Source of the DNA: the human T2T-CHM13v2.0 reference genome, Homo sapiens
Length of the DNA: 64,000 bases
Strand: one strand, 5' to 3'
Assembly (NCBI RefSeq): GCF_009914755.1
Contig: NC_060930.1
Shown here: positions 32,625 through 54,095 of the stretch, piece after piece
Position numbering within the stretch: position 1 is the first letter of the stretch
How the letters are laid out: the number at the start of each line of letters is the position of its first letter
Notes under the pieces: generated by a model
What the model saw: only the letters and a program-made list of their open reading frames with translations
Told to the model about the DNA's origin: nothing
Database searches by the model: none
Position numbers and translations under genes: made by a program

Positions 32625-32744
32625 CCGTAGTCTTGGAGGAAAGCTAGGGGCCTCTGTCATTGAGATCCTAGGGATAGAATACATGGGTGAACTGACCCAG
32701 TTCACTGAATCCCAGCTCCAGAGTCATTTTGGGGAGAAGAATGG
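32625..32744 (+). CDS. POLH: DNA polymerase eta exon 7
   Basis: 120 nt, AG/GTAAGT; RSLGGKLG (HhH/thumb)...HFGEKNG. Confidence 0.96.
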
Positions 32745-33347
32745 GTAAGTGATTCATTTTTTTTAAAATCATAACCTTTATGGAGATGCTATATTCAAAT
32801 ATAGACAAAACCATCTAGTAAAATCCAGACCTATCTTTAGGTTAACATTTGTTTCTTGAGATTATTTCACTGGTTCTTCTTGCTTCAATATCTTGGGTCA
32901 CTATGGCCCATCAGTCTAGAGTAGTTTTTTCCATGTACCTAGGTGGTTGATAGATAAGATTTGTTACTTTGATGCCTGAGTATATACTAATTACATCATT
33001 CATGCATGCTGAGATGCTATATTCTCTTAAAATCCTTGTGTTTAATGCCCTAGCAAGCACACACACATTTTGGGATATGAATCAGTGGCTTGCTTGGCAT
33101 TTTTCCAAAAATACAAATGATGACTTGGCTTTAGAAGACAAAACCAGTGTTCTCATTGTCCATATATTGCACTGGAATTCACTGAGAAGGGCAGGGGTTT
33201 CGTCAGAGGTCCGGTACACTAAATTTTGGACAAGGTTTTCCTTTTTCATGAAAAAGATAAAAGGGCAATATAATATAGTTATTTGGTTTTGTTTTAACAA
33301 GAATAATCATTTAATTTCACCTTAACGTTTTTTGCTGGTCTTATTAG

Positions 33348-33471
33348 GTCTTGGCTATATGCCATGTGCCGAGGGATTGAACATGATCCAGTTAAACCCA
33401 GGCAACTACCCAAAACCATTGGCTGTAGTAAGAACTTCCCAGGAAAAACAGCTCTTGCTACTCGGGAACAG
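33348..33471 (+). CDS. POLH: DNA polymerase eta exon 8
   Basis: 124 nt, AG/GTAAG; SWLYAMCRGIEHDPVKPRQLPKTIGCSKNFPGKTALATREQ. Confidence 0.96.
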
Positions 33472-33986
33472 GTAAGCTGGCATTCTTGACAGAACACTAC
33501 CTCTTTTAAAGGGGTCAGTGGGTAGGTTTTGGTAGCTGTGGAAGGTTTAATAGGTTAGAGGAGACCTTTATAAAGTATGAAGAAAACAGATGTTCTGTCC
33601 TTGGGTTGAAAATTGACTAGTTTATGATTATTACTTTTTTCTCTTTCGTCTATCGAAATAAAATGGAATTTCTCATTTGTTTAGTAGATGGAGACTTGGA
33701 AAGCCTAGGATATTATGCTTCAAGTTTGGGTCTTGTCTTTTTCTCAGAGCTGGAACATGCTTGAAAGTCACCTGATGGCAAACAAGCAGGAAAAGAAAAT
33801 GAAAGGCTTGAGCTAGGGCAGGACAGAAGGACTGGGAACATTTCTATGATCTGGTGATCCTTTGATTATGGGGAGTCTTTGGTGCACAATTCTGTTTGGG
33901 AGAAAAAAAAGAACAAATAACACCATCTAGTTCTTAATAGACTTCGAGTGTTTAAATGAAAGATTAAAGTCTCAATACTTTTTTAG

Positions 33987-34052
33987 GTACAATGGTGGCT
34001 GTTGCAATTAGCCCAGGAACTAGAGGAGAGACTGACTAAAGACCGAAATGAT
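33987..34052 (+). CDS. POLH: DNA polymerase eta exon 9
   Basis: 66 nt, AG/GTAAG; VQWWLLQLAQELEERLTKDRND. Confidence 0.95.
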
Positions 34053-34448
34053 GTAAGATTTTCTTTCTTTATTCCTGGGGTGGGCTTTGCAATTTACATA
34101 TCAGCTGCTCTTTACCTTATGGAGCAGGAACAAAGACAGAAAAAAGTATTAGCATAGGAAATATCCGTTTTCTTTCTTTTTTTTTTTTTTTTTTTTTTTT
34201 GAGACATGGTCTCACTCTGTCTCCCAGGCTGAGTACACTGGCACAATCATGGCTCACTGCAACCTCTACCTCTTAGGCTCAAGCTCTCCTCCCAACTCAG
34301 CCTCCTGAGTAGCTGGGACTACAGGTGCATGCCACTACAACTGGCTAAATTTTTTTATTTTTTGTAGAGACAGGGTCTTGCTAGGTTGCTCAGGCTGGTC
34401 TTGAACTCCAGCCAAGGAAATTTTAAGAAATCTTTTTAAATTTTTTAA

Positions 34449-37020
<2,572 letters not shown>

Positions 37021-37499
37021 GATGCATCCTCTTCTTTTGAAATGTCTTGGAGTTCTACAAGTCAACTGTACATGTCAAGAATAGTCCAAAACTGCTCGTT
37101 GCTCCTTTTTAGCTGGAATGGGTGGTAAATGTTTGTTCCTTTGGTAGGCATCATAAAGAGGGATTTGATCCAGTTGCGTTATCGCCCTTTTCCGCTTTTG
37201 CCCACTAGGTGGCACTTGTTTCTCATCTCTCTCTAAGTCCCTGGGGCCTTTCTTTCCACTTTTTTTTCCTAAGAGACAGGGTCTTGGCTGTCATCCGTGC
37301 TGGAGCACAGTAATACAACCTTAGCTCACTGCAGCCTTGTAGCCTCAACCTCCTGGGCTCAAGTAATCCTCCTGCCTTAGCCTCCCACAGTGCTGGGAGT
37401 ACAGGCATGAGCCACTGTGCCTAGCCTTTTCTTCCCTCTTTGTATCCAGTGGGGATCCCTGAAAATCTATCTTTTAAGCTTCAAAGGACTTTATGCCAA

Positions 37500-38060
37500 A
37501 AATAATTCAGGACATAGCAGATCCTATCACTTCACTGTTTAAAACATTCCAGTGGTTTCCCTTCACACTTAAGGCATATTAAGGAATTTTTTAAAAGTAA
37601 TTCTATAAAGCCAAATATAATCTAATTTCTTGCTACTTCTCTGACCCCATCTCTTATCTTCCCCTCACTTATTCTAGTCTCCACTTCACTGGCCTCCTTC
37701 CCTTTATCTAACACACTAAGTAAGCTCTTACTTTAGCACTTCCCGTTTCTTTGCCCTGGAGACTCTTTGTTCATATATTCTTAATATTTGCTTCCTTGAT
37801 TTATTCAAATCTCTGTGCATGTATTACATTCTCCAGGAGGTCCTCCCTAGTTACCCTATCACAGCAGCAGCCTCCATCACTCTCTGCCTTATTCTGCTTT
37901 TCTTCATAGCACTCATCTCTGTGGTCATTTCTGTTACATGTCTATTTTTTATTATCTATAGTTCCTACTACAACATAGGATCCATGAGGACCTGGACTTT
38001 ATTTTGTTCTCTCCTGCATCTCTAGGCACTGTCTAGGCATGCAGTTATAGTTGAATAATT
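37500..38060. mobile_element. L2 fragment
   Basis: Degenerate pyrimidine-rich L2-type sequence (TCACTTCACTGTTTAAAACATTCCAGTGG...CACTGGCCTCCTT...CCATGAGGAC). Confidence 0.55.
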
Positions 38061-38669
38061 TTGGTCAACAAGGACTCCTTTATAATTGCTAATTTGTATT
38101 CCCTCAAGATATATAAATCCATACAAATGTATTTTTTATCCAAAAAGTAGTTCCTGCTCTTAGCTTGTTTGCCTTAGGGATACTTCTTCTCACTAGCATC
38201 TTTTGATAGGGGTCCCTTATGTAGAATTTTCACCTTCTTATATTTCTGCCTCTTGACCATTATGTCTCAGTTTGCTGAGATTACAGCATTCAGATGCTTC
38301 AGACTTCACTGAAAAGTGAGTCATGATCTTGCTCTCTCAAGGCAGGCTCACTATATGGTATCTTCTCTAGATAAGCTGTAAAAAGGTGTTGGTAGAAACT
38401 TCTGGAATTGGTGGCGAATGTTTGTTTACCATAAGAGCCCCAGGGCAGAAAAAAAGATATGACTTGAAGCCTAGTTCCACTTTGCTTTCAGACAATTACT
38501 TACCTGAAACCTTCCTTCAGTCACAAAATAGTATCTAGTATTGTAGATATTTGTTATAATTGTCCTGCTTAGACACCATGAAAAACATTTAGGGGAGTCC
38601 CATTTTCATTTGTGCTGTCCTGTTCCCATCATCTGTCAAAACATCCTAGGATACTCCGATGTTCCATAA

Positions 38670-39456
<787 letters not shown>

Positions 39457-39528
39457 GTGAGTTCTTTTCTAGCTCATCTTCTCAGAATAGATGATGATTC
39501 TTAGCTCTGTCTTAGCTCTACAAGACAT

Positions 39529-39749
39529 AATTTTTATCATAAAGTTCCTCATTGTGTCTAATCACTCAAATTTTCACATGAGCTGAATTTCAGAAGATGA
39601 AATATGCTTTTATGTACAGATTAGTCCTTCAATGAGGTAAAGGGTAAATGTCATTTTAAAGTTATTATTAAAGTATCGGCCGGGCGCAGTGGCTCACGCC
39701 TGTAATCCCAGCACTTTGGGAGGCCAAGGTGGGTGAATCACCTGAGGTC
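39529..39749 (+). repeat. 221-bp inverted copy of 41308-41528
   Basis: Direct reverse-complement match with few mismatches; includes the first ~70 nt of an Alu. Confidence 0.92.
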
Positions 39750-40472
39750 TGTCTCAGTTCTACAAGTAGTAGGAATCTCTGTCTTAGCTCTACAAGTAGT
39801 AGGAATCTGAGCTCTTCCATCTGGGATAGACTCTGACTCAGACTACCAGTACCTGTTACTCTGGGAGAAAATACAGTACCAACCTCAGAAACAAGACAGC
39901 TCAGCACAGATCCTTTGCCGACAGCTGATACATTCCAGTTCCCAGGAGGTTAGACCCTTACTCTGTATTGGCTTGGTCAGGGAAATGACCAGTTGCACTT
40001 GGAGAACAGAGCTCAAATTTCAAGGATACATTTGGGAACTTCAAACTACTTGATTGTTCTATCTTAAAAGCATATTTCTTGATTATAAAGGTGACCTGTG
40101 TTCACTGATATTCTCTATCTGACATCCCAACTCAGTTACAAGCTCCACTGGTATTATACCAAATGTCATATTCATTAGTAAACTTCACTTCTGTTGGTCA
40201 TGAAATATAAGCCTCTTTTTGGAGCATCTTCATTTTCTGTCCAGATATTAATGATTTTCAGGATTGGAATCCTTTAATTGCATATTTAATAAAGCCCTTA
40301 CTTTTTTTAAAGTATTCCAAATTCACAATAGAAATATAATTATGAGAGAGAGGTAAGTCAGTTGCTCACTTACAGATGTATATTGAATATTATACAAAAT
40401 AAAATCAAAGTTTAGTTAATCGCTTATTACTTATCTAAATATATTGGCAGTATAATTATGTGTACAGACCTA

Positions 40473-40871
<399 letters not shown>

Positions 40872-41098
40872 TTATTTTCAAATATTGAAGTTTTACAAAA
40901 CCAAATAACAACCGTGGTACTAATGTACACATGAAACCTTATTTGAAAAGTTATAAATTGACAAACTATAACAAATACTACTCACCAACGGTGTGAAACT
41001 CCGTGATGCACAGGGAAGCATCAAAATTATCTGATTATAAGACTGTCCCAAAGCATGAAACCTGAGGATATTGGGATACTTTTTTTTTTTTTTTTTGA

Positions 41099-41203
<105 letters not shown>

Positions 41204-41323
41204 TGAGTAGCTGGGATTACAGGTGCCCGCCACCACGCCCGGCTAAATTTTGTACTTTTAGTAGAGACAGGGTTTCTCCATGTTGGCCAGGCTGGTCTCA
41301 AATTCCTGACCTCAGGTGTTTCA

Positions 41324-41416
<93 letters not shown>

Positions 41417-41495
41417 TTACCTCATTGAAGGACTAATCTGTACATAAAAGCATATTTCATCTTCTGAAATTCAGCTTATGTGAAAATTTGAGTGA

Positions 41496-41711
<216 letters not shown>

Positions 41712-42392
41712 TAGTAGAGATGGGGTTTCACCATGTTGGTCAGGCTGGTCTCATACTCCTGACCTCATGACCCACCCGCCTTAGCCTCCCAAAGTGCTGG
41801 GATTACAGGTGTGAGCCACCGCTCCCGGCTATCACAAGAATTTCTTAAAATGTTTCTGAAATTGGGACTAGTAACGAAAAGCAGTTGTGGAATTTCATTC
41901 TCTAGAAATTCCAGAGTGGTAAGTCAGTCAGGGTTAGGTAGTGCCCTGTTTAAAAACAGGATAATGGCTAAGAGGATTTTTTCAAGTCTTTCTAGTCTAA
42001 ATATTCTAAAGCTTTTTGTTGTCCTGAATAAAATTTCTTGCCCCAACCCTGAATTACAGCAGCTTTCCAGTGGTACCTTATAAAAAACAATAATCTCTAG
42101 CTGTCGGGAGGTGAGTGGTTGCTAAATTAGTGGTTCTCAAGACATAACATCAGCATCACCTAGGAAATTAAATTCTCTGTCATCCCAGGTCTGTTAATCT
42201 CTGATACACATTAACGTTTGAGAACCACTGCAGTAAAGAATAATTTCTGTGGCAGAACCAGAATGCTAGTCATCTATGGATTAAATCTGTCCTATGGTGA
42301 AATAAAACAGATACAATTCATGGAATTAGCAATAGGTCACTATTTTAATCTTCTAAATTGCTAATCATCTTATTTCTTTACTTTCTGTATAG

Positions 42393-43290
42393 GTCTCCTC
42401 CTCTCACAATGCTTTTCCTCTGTGCTACAAAATTTTCTGCCTCTGCCCCTTCATCTTCTACAGACATCACCAGCTTCTTGAGCAGTGACCCAAGTTCTCT
42501 GCCAAAGGTGCCAGTTACCAGCTCAGAAGCTAAGACCCAGGGAAGTGGCCCAGCGGTGACAGCCACTAAGAAAGCAACCACGTCTCTGGAATCATTCTTC
42601 CAAAAAGCTGCAGAAAGGCAGAAAGTTAAAGAAGCTTCGCTTTCATCTCTTACTGCTCCCACTCAGGCTCCCATGAGCAATTCACCATCCAAGCCCTCAT
42701 TACCTTTTCAAACCAGTCAAAGTACAGGAACTGAGCCCTTCTTTAAGCAGAAAAGTCTGCTTCTAAAGCAGAAACAGCTTAATAATTCTTCAGTTTCTTC
42801 CCCCCAACAAAACCCATGGTCCAACTGTAAAGCATTACCAAACTCTTTACCAACAGAGTATCCAGGGTGTGTCCCTGTTTGTGAAGGGGTGTCGAAGCTA
42901 GAAGAATCCTCTAAAGCAACTCCTGCAGAGATGGATTTGGCCCACAACAGCCAAAGCATGCACGCCTCTTCAGCTTCCAAATCTGTGCTGGAGGTGACTC
43001 AGAAAGCAACCCCAAATCCAAGTCTTCTAGCTGCTGAGGACCAAGTGCCCTGTGAGAAGTGTGGCTCCCTGGTACCGGTATGGGATATGCCAGAACACAT
43101 GGACTATCATTTTGCATTGGAGTTGCAGAAATCCTTTTTGCAGCCCCACTCTTCAAACCCCCAGGTTGTTTCTGCCGTATCTCATCAAGGCAAAAGAAAT
43201 CCCAAGAGCCCTTTGGCCTGCACTAATAAACGCCCCAGGCCTGAGGGCATGCAAACATTGGAATCATTTTTTAAGCCATTAACACATTAG
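42393..43290 (+). CDS. POLH: DNA polymerase eta exon 11 (last coding; C-terminal RIR, UBZ, NLS, PIP)
   Basis: 898 nt to TAG; UBZ CEKCGSLVPVWDMPEHMDYH, NLS KRNPKS/KRPRP, PIP MQTLESFF; summed CDS 2142 nt = 713 aa. Confidence 0.97.
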
Positions 43291-43718
43291 TGCTGCCCTC
43301 AGGCTTGCCTGTAGGATTTAATATTTTTTATCTTTACAGATCTTTATCTTTAATATTTTATCTTTACAGATTTCCCTGAGAAAGGGAATTATGAAATTTT
43401 TAATACAAAAAATAATCCATTTAGGTGCTGAGTTACGGTCCCATCTCTTCACAGGCATGGATTCTAATCCCACTGCTGACAGAGATGTAAAAATTCATCC
43501 TACCAGAGTTTTTAATCTTTAGCATTTAGGGAGGCAGTGTCATAAAGTAAAAAGTGTGTGGGCCTTGGAGTCTAAGAGACGTGGTTGCAAACTTAGCTCT
43601 GGTTATTGCAATGAGGGCCTTGAACAAGTCATTTTCTTCACATTCTCATCTGTAAAATGGAGATAATACCTTACAGATTATTGCAGATTAATAACAATGT
43701 ATTCAAATTATGTAACTC

Positions 43719-48129
<4,411 letters not shown>

Positions 48130-49229
48130 CTACATTCACTGTATACGTGGCCTTTTCCCCCTAACTAGCTATGTAGCTTCTTAAAGGCAAAGATTCTTCA
48201 TAGTGCTTTGCACATGATAGGTGCTGATACTCATTGGATGAATGTATATAGTGAAGAATTTTAGATCTGATTACCACAATTGGGATCATAAACATGTATA
48301 AACTCCTTGGGAGTCTGCCTTATATACTTTTTATCCCCCTAAATGTTCCATTAATGTTGCAGAGAGGCTCACTAGTTCCTGGAGATGTCTTATTAAGTAC
48401 TGAAATGTGATTTTCCAAAATTTTCTTTACAATACAGGCAAAAGATAAGTAAATTGTGGACAAAGCTTTCATCTCTATCAGCAGCTATAGAGAGGAAGTA
48501 AACAGCTTAGCCCCTAATACAGGAGGAAGTTGTTCAACTACAGGCTTGTTAGTAGCAAGTTAAACCAGTTACATTTTATAAAACAGCCTGAGTGGTAGGG
48601 AAGCTATCACTTTAATACTCTAGAGGCAGAATGCCACATAGGACTTTGGGTCACATATTTCTTTTCCAGGGTCTCCTCAAAATGCAGTTTCTATTTACAG
48701 TTGACTTTGGCCCCTATTTACCCATAAAATGTCAAAATCAAGTAGTATGAACATGGAAACAGGAGCAGGGACTAAGGTTTGGTCAAGTGGCCCTCATTGT
48801 TCCAAGAGTAATTTAGGCTATGTAAACTTGAAAAATATGGGACCAGATTACCTTTTGTCTCTAAATTCTACTCTTCTTTAAGTAGCTGGCACTGTATCTC
48901 TGCCAGGGCACAGAAGTGGGCTCCTTACTATTCTGACCACTAGCAAGTGGCCAACTCTTCAAATACAGGGTAGCTACCTATTTCACGTGAAAGGCCTCAG
49001 TATTCTGCTCACTTGAACTACGGAAAATAGGCCACAATACTTGGTTACAATACTGGAACTCTGAACCTATGTGGAGGAGAGAAAAACAATGGTGAACGAG
49101 ATACCAGCTGGGCTCTTTCCACATTCAGGGCTCAGCAGTGTTGGGGTTTCACTTGTCTCTAATCCTGAAGAGGTATCTAGCCCTGGAAGGAAGCTGAGCC
49201 TGTAGCTAACGCATAAGCACAGTGTATTC

Positions 49230-49235
49230 AATAAA
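49230..49235 (+). terminator. POLH: Poly(A) signal for POLH distal end
   Basis: AATAAA with upstream TGTA and downstream TA/TG-rich tract. Confidence 0.75.
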
Positions 49236-49240
49236 ACATT

Positions 49241-49246
49241 TTTATT
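49241..49246 (-). terminator. GTPBP2: Poly(A) signal for GTPBP2
   Basis: TTTATT on + strand = AATAAA on - strand, ~1.1 kb after the GTPBP2 stop; TGTA upstream on - strand. Confidence 0.75.
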
Positions 49247-50346
49247 CTGTACAATATATATGTGTATTTAAATATATATACATATGTATATATATATATA
49301 TGCACAGAGAAACCTTAGCCAACAAATCCCTGAGTCCATGGGAACCCAGGACACTAACAAAGGGAAAGGAGAGTCCATGCCTAAAGAGTAGGAAATATGG
49401 CAACATCTTTCCCTTTCCTCCTGGTTCCCTGCAACAGAGGGAAGGGAACAGTCACTACAAATTACTAAAACGAGGGTTTAGGTGGGGCAGGAAAGTGGGG
49501 TGAGAGTGGTAGGATGGGGAACTCAGATGCCACCAGTCTGGGAAAGTAAAACATTTGATCCAGCATGAAAGCCAACATGACCGCAGAGGAAAAAGACCAG
49601 ACTGATGGGCATGCAGCTGGCCTTTGGTATATGCCAAGCCTTTGCTTGGTAGCCCCACGCCTGGGCCAGCACAACAAATAGCACCTGTGGGGCCTATAAG
49701 CCGGGAGGGGATGGGGGAGATAGGGACTGGGGAAATGGCCCTTGAGTGAAGGAAAGGGAGATAAAGCTGAGGAAGAGGCCTCAGGCCTCAGCACAGGGTG
49801 GCAACACTACCATTCACTGTCCCTGTGCCATTTCTTCAGACTCTGGGCCGCCACCACCACCAGATGGCCAAGAGCAGATAACCTTTTGTCCACAGCCAGG
49901 TAGAGATGGGCAACTTACATGGCCTTGAGAAGAGGTATAGAAAAAGGAGTGCTTTTGAGGGCTACCCCCTGTTGTGACCATTCCTGAAGTGCAGAGACCA
50001 CACCAGCAAAACATGCCCAGTCTTAGTAGTGGGGACGAAGAATTGATGAGTGGATCCAGTCAGCTCCGGCAGACAGGCCACAGGGTTGCCAGGTTTGATG
50101 AGCCAACCAGGTGAGCACACAGCTTCGGAGCACTGCCCTGAATCCTGTCTTCTCCCTCAGGACTGCCCTTTCCTGGCCACACCAAGTTTGGCACCTCTCC
50201 AGAAAGTTGGCAGGGAGCAAGTGGCAGACAGCACCCCTCTCTCCCTAGCCTATTAACACACAGAGCCGCCAATGGCAGGGCAGCATGGCCAGAAGTCACC
50301 TTATATATTGTAGGGACAGCAATAGAACTGTCCCTGCCTGAAGGGT

Positions 50347-50523
50347 TCAGAAGCCCATGTTGGCCTGGGCTTCTCCTGCTGTAATGGCTTGTACATCAGT
50401 GACATGGCCGATGCCCTTGGTGACACCCTCCCGGAACAGCAGTTTGGCGCCCACCTTCAGGTACTCTGGGTGTTTCAGGAAGCGGAAACGTACCACTGCC
50501 TTCTCGCCTGTCCGCAGTTTGTC
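50347..50523 (-). CDS. GTPBP2: GTP-binding protein 2 exon 12 (last coding)
   Basis: DKLRTGEKAVVRFRF...EAQANMGF-stop; CAG acceptor; summed CDS 1809 nt = 602 aa. Confidence 0.96.
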   Translation of the reverse strand, partial: DKLRTGEKAVVRFRFLKHPEYLKVGAKLLFREGVTKGIGHVTDVQAITAGEAQANMGF

Positions 50524-50735
50524 CTGCAGCAAATAAGTGGTCACTCCCCTGGCCAGTGCCTTCTGTCCCATTCTCTGCCAGCCGTGGCTCTCCACCCTCC
50601 AGAGGCCTATCAGGCCGCTACCCACCCTAAGTGGGGTTTTATTCCCATTGTGGGATCAAGGAGTTCTCTGCCAGTCTGGGGCAGGCCTCCCTCTTTTCTG
50701 ACCTCTGGAGAAATGGAAGGCCAGGTCCCTCTCAC

Positions 50736-50900
50736 CTTGGCATGGATCTTTTCCACCACTGCCGTCTGACGTACGTTGCCCACGTGTACTGTCACCTGGA
50801 ATCCTCGTCGGAAGGTGGTGGCATGGAACAGTAAGACTATCTCTGCCTCAAACACCGAGCAGATGGTAGGATTCATCTCCGGGCTCACCATCACCATGCC
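50736..50900 (-). CDS. GTPBP2: GTPBP2 exon 11
   Basis: 165 nt AG/GT; GMVMVSPEMNPTICSVFEAEIVLLFHATT...KIHAK. Confidence 0.96.
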
Positions 50901-51365
50901 CTGGGGAGGAACAGACCCCAGGCCCAGGAAGGGCAGCTCTAACATCAGACTCTCCCTCCCCAGCCACCCCACACCCTTTATAGCTCCTGAATTTCCTCTT
51001 CCTCTACACAACTCTAAACACAAAGACCTCAAAAGACAATAATCAAAACTCTCAGAGGGAATGAGTCTTTACCCACCTCCTACGTCCTCTAGCCCATCTA
51101 ACGCTTCACATTTTTAGGGTCCTGAACACTAAAAATAGTGTTCATTAAAAACAGTGTAACATAGTGATTCATATTTAGTTATCTGTACCTCATGAGTACG
51201 TTAAGCTGTTTTTATAGTCTACGTAGCTAGACCAGAAGCTTCTTGGGTCAGAGAGTGTGTTTCCTCTGAGTTTCTCTGAAGCACCTTAGATAGGTGCTCA
51301 TTCAGTAGCCAGTCTCCTAGGCACTTCTCTTAGCGTTCCCTCCCCAACCCATGCACCCACCTCAC

Positions 51366-51537
51366 CTTGCGAAGCAGTGCACGGTCAAAGTCCCCAAGCG
51401 CCAGTGTAGCAGCCTGACCAGCTCGCAGCACACGACAGGCAGAGCGGTTGCGCTGGATGCTGCATACTCTCAGCTCCAGGAAGCAGCCATCATCCGTGGG
51501 GCCCACCACCAGCTGGTCCCCCTCACGGCAAATCCCA
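51366..51537 (-). CDS. GTPBP2: GTPBP2 exon 10
   Basis: 172 nt AG/GT; GICREGDQLVVGPTDDG...RVCSIQRNRSACRVLRAGQAATLALG...LLRK (EF-Tu domain II-like). Confidence 0.95.
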
Positions 51538-52469
51538 CTGCAGCCCAGAGGGCAGGTGGCACAGTGTCAGCCAAGGTCCCCATACCTACTTCTCTATTAG
51601 GATCACCCAGAGCATTCCTTCCCTTCTAGGGTTGAGTCCCTCAAGTGGGGAAGAACCCTAAATTCTGACTTGGATGTAACAGGGCTCACTGCCAGAGTTC
51701 AGAATCAGAAGACTAATTTCATAAAAGGCCAGCAGTGATGGTGGACAGAGAGACACTTGCTGGTTTAACAACACCGAACACCTAATCACTGAAGGAGCAA
51801 GTTATCCCCTTGGGTTTCATTCTCTGCTTTGCAGAGTCTTAGGCCAGCCGCGTTGGCTCACACCTGTAATCCTAGCACTTGGGGAGGCTGAGGCAGGTGG
51901 ATCACTTGAGGTCAGGAATTCAAGACCAGCCTGGCCAATATGGTGACGACCCCATCTCTACTAAAAATACAAAAATTAGCCGGGCATGGTGGTAGGCGCC
52001 TGTAATTCCAGCTACTCAAGGCTGAGGCAGGAGAATTGCTGGAACCCAGGAGGCAGAGGTTGCAGTGAGCCAAGATCGCTCCACTGCAATCCAGCCTGGG
52101 CAACAGAGCGAGACTCTGTCTCAAAAAAAAGAAAGAAAGAAAGAAAGAAGAGTCTTAAGTGACGTCTCTCATTTCCCTGTGTGAGATGAAGTCAGTTGAA
52201 TACACTCTAGTTTTCTTCCTGGAGCTCAAGACCCACACTTCTCTCTCAGGGGCCTGGAGATTCCCCAATAGGCAGCAATACTGTTTCTTCCCTCCAAAGC
52301 CAACAGACTACCGTTCTCCAGCTCTTCTGATAGTGAAAGCCTAATCTGCAAATAAGCATGTCCTTTAAATGGGTTCCGTTCAATTCCAGGGTCTCCTCCT
52401 TTGGGCCAGGATGTCTTTGAGTATATAGGTGAGGGCTGAGTGGGGAGGGTAGCAAGCAAGACAATTTAC

Positions 52470-52528
52470 CTGGAAAGTGTTCCTCCAACAACAGTCCCCA
52501 CCTCTGGTACTGTGTAGATTTCATCCAC
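52470..52528 (-). CDS. GTPBP2: GTPBP2 exon 9
   Basis: 59 nt AG/GT; VDEIYTVPEVGTVVGGTLS. Confidence 0.95.
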
Positions 52529-52665
52529 CTGAAGCCAAAGAAAACGCTATCAATGGCCTGCCAAGTAGGGCTGGTGGGTCCAAAATCTCTAAACAGACTC
52601 TGGGTTTGGTCTGAAGCAGCCCCTCCCTGTTTCCCAGCCTATTAGATGTTTGGGCAGTCAACTAC

Positions 52666-52801
52666 CTGGAACTCCGTCAGCTGCTGCATGAGTTCCTCCT
52701 GCTCTTTGCTGTTGGTGAGTGGCGGCAGAATATTCAGAAAGACTTTGAGGAGGTCCAGACTCTCTCCAGACACACTGGACAATGTGAAGATGGGGGTGAC
52801 A
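52666..52801 (-). CDS. GTPBP2: GTPBP2 exon 8
   Basis: 136 nt AG/GT; VTPIFTLSSVSGESLDLLKVFLNILPP...EFQ (G5 region). Confidence 0.95.
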
Positions 52802-53242
52802 CTGTAGAGGGAGGCATGGAATGGACAGATGAAGACAGTCCAAACAGGAGGCAGAGGCCAGAGCCCCATACATGGAAAGGTGAGCTTTGTTCTGGCTGGG
52901 GGCCCCTCTCTCCTGTCTGCAAATGGCTCAGGAACTCTGGGCCTTCTTGTGAGCCAGTCGAGCAATGTCACACAAAAAGCCCATCCGAGCCCAAGGGAAA
53001 CAGCAAATGCCTGGTATAGCACTTCATCGCCATGGTCCCAGGCATCAGCAGTGCTCCAGGTTGGCTCGGGAGGAGGGTCAAGCCCTTTAGCAAGATGCCC
53101 CTCCACAATCCCAAGCTGAAACACCCGCAGAACTAAGCCAGAACTGGTCTGGCCCTGGAGAAGTAGGATATCATGCTTCTGGGCCCTGGGCTCTGTGGCA
53201 GCCTTCCTAGTGGATCAGGGCTTTAGAGTAAGGTGGGCTTAC

Positions 53243-53462
53243 TTGGGTGACTGAGCAAACTGCTGGGCAGCAGTGACGGCATCATCCTCAGAGGTGACCA
53301 GCATGGGGACCTTGTGGCAGCCAGGCTGCTTGAGGACCCGCTCCAGCTGGCGTACTGTCCTCTCCACTGTGGTCTTGGCACATAGGTCGATCTTGCTGAC
53401 CACGATGAAGAAGGGCACTTTCAGGGCCAGGGCCAGCCCCAGATGTTCCCTTGTGGTGCCAG
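53243..53462 (-). CDS. GTPBP2: GTPBP2 exon 7
   Basis: 220 nt AG/GTAAG; GTTREHL...VSKID (G4 motif). Confidence 0.95.
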
Positions 53463-53620
53463 CTGCCTCATAAGGACAGCAAGCAGCAGGAGAGAAGAGT
53501 GAGAATGCAGGAGGGAGGAGAGGGAAGAAGAGGAGCATTGGTCTGTCTCCAAGATTTGAGGCCCAGGGTAGGAGAGTCAGCACCCCCCTTCAGCCCTGTC
53601 CCTGCCCTAATGCCTCGTAC

Positions 53621-53795
53621 CAATCCCAGTGTTGGCACTGACGAGGAGCAGGGCGCAGTCGGGGCAGTATGATGTGAGGCCAAAGATGGTGGTGTGTAGG
53701 TACTTATGGTGGCCTGCCAGGTCGATGAAGGTGATCATCTTGGAGCTGCTCTCACAGATCTCTTCTGCTGTCCGTGAGTCGCTGTAATTCACCAC
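53621..53795 (-). CDS. GTPBP2: GTPBP2 exon 6
   Basis: 175 nt AG/GT; ITFIDLAGH (G3 motif). Confidence 0.96.
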
Positions 53796-54095
53796 CTGGC
53801 CCAGGGCCCAGGGCCCTCAGTGCCTCCTGCCAGCCCTTCCAACCCCTTCAGAGTTGCCAGGACCTAAACCATTCCCTGGGTGACCCTGCCTCTTAATCTT
53901 GACCCCATTTTTTATTTAATTTAGTTGATTCCCCATTGATTTCCTAAGAGGGGCAGAGCTTGTTCACAGTCCCCTCAGGGCATTCATCTATACTATTTCA
54001 AAAAGTCTCCACACTCTACCCCCATCCTATGTCCTTCACTACTACCATCCCATCCTCAGAGTCTGGCCCCATTGGGTCCCATTGATCCCATGCAC

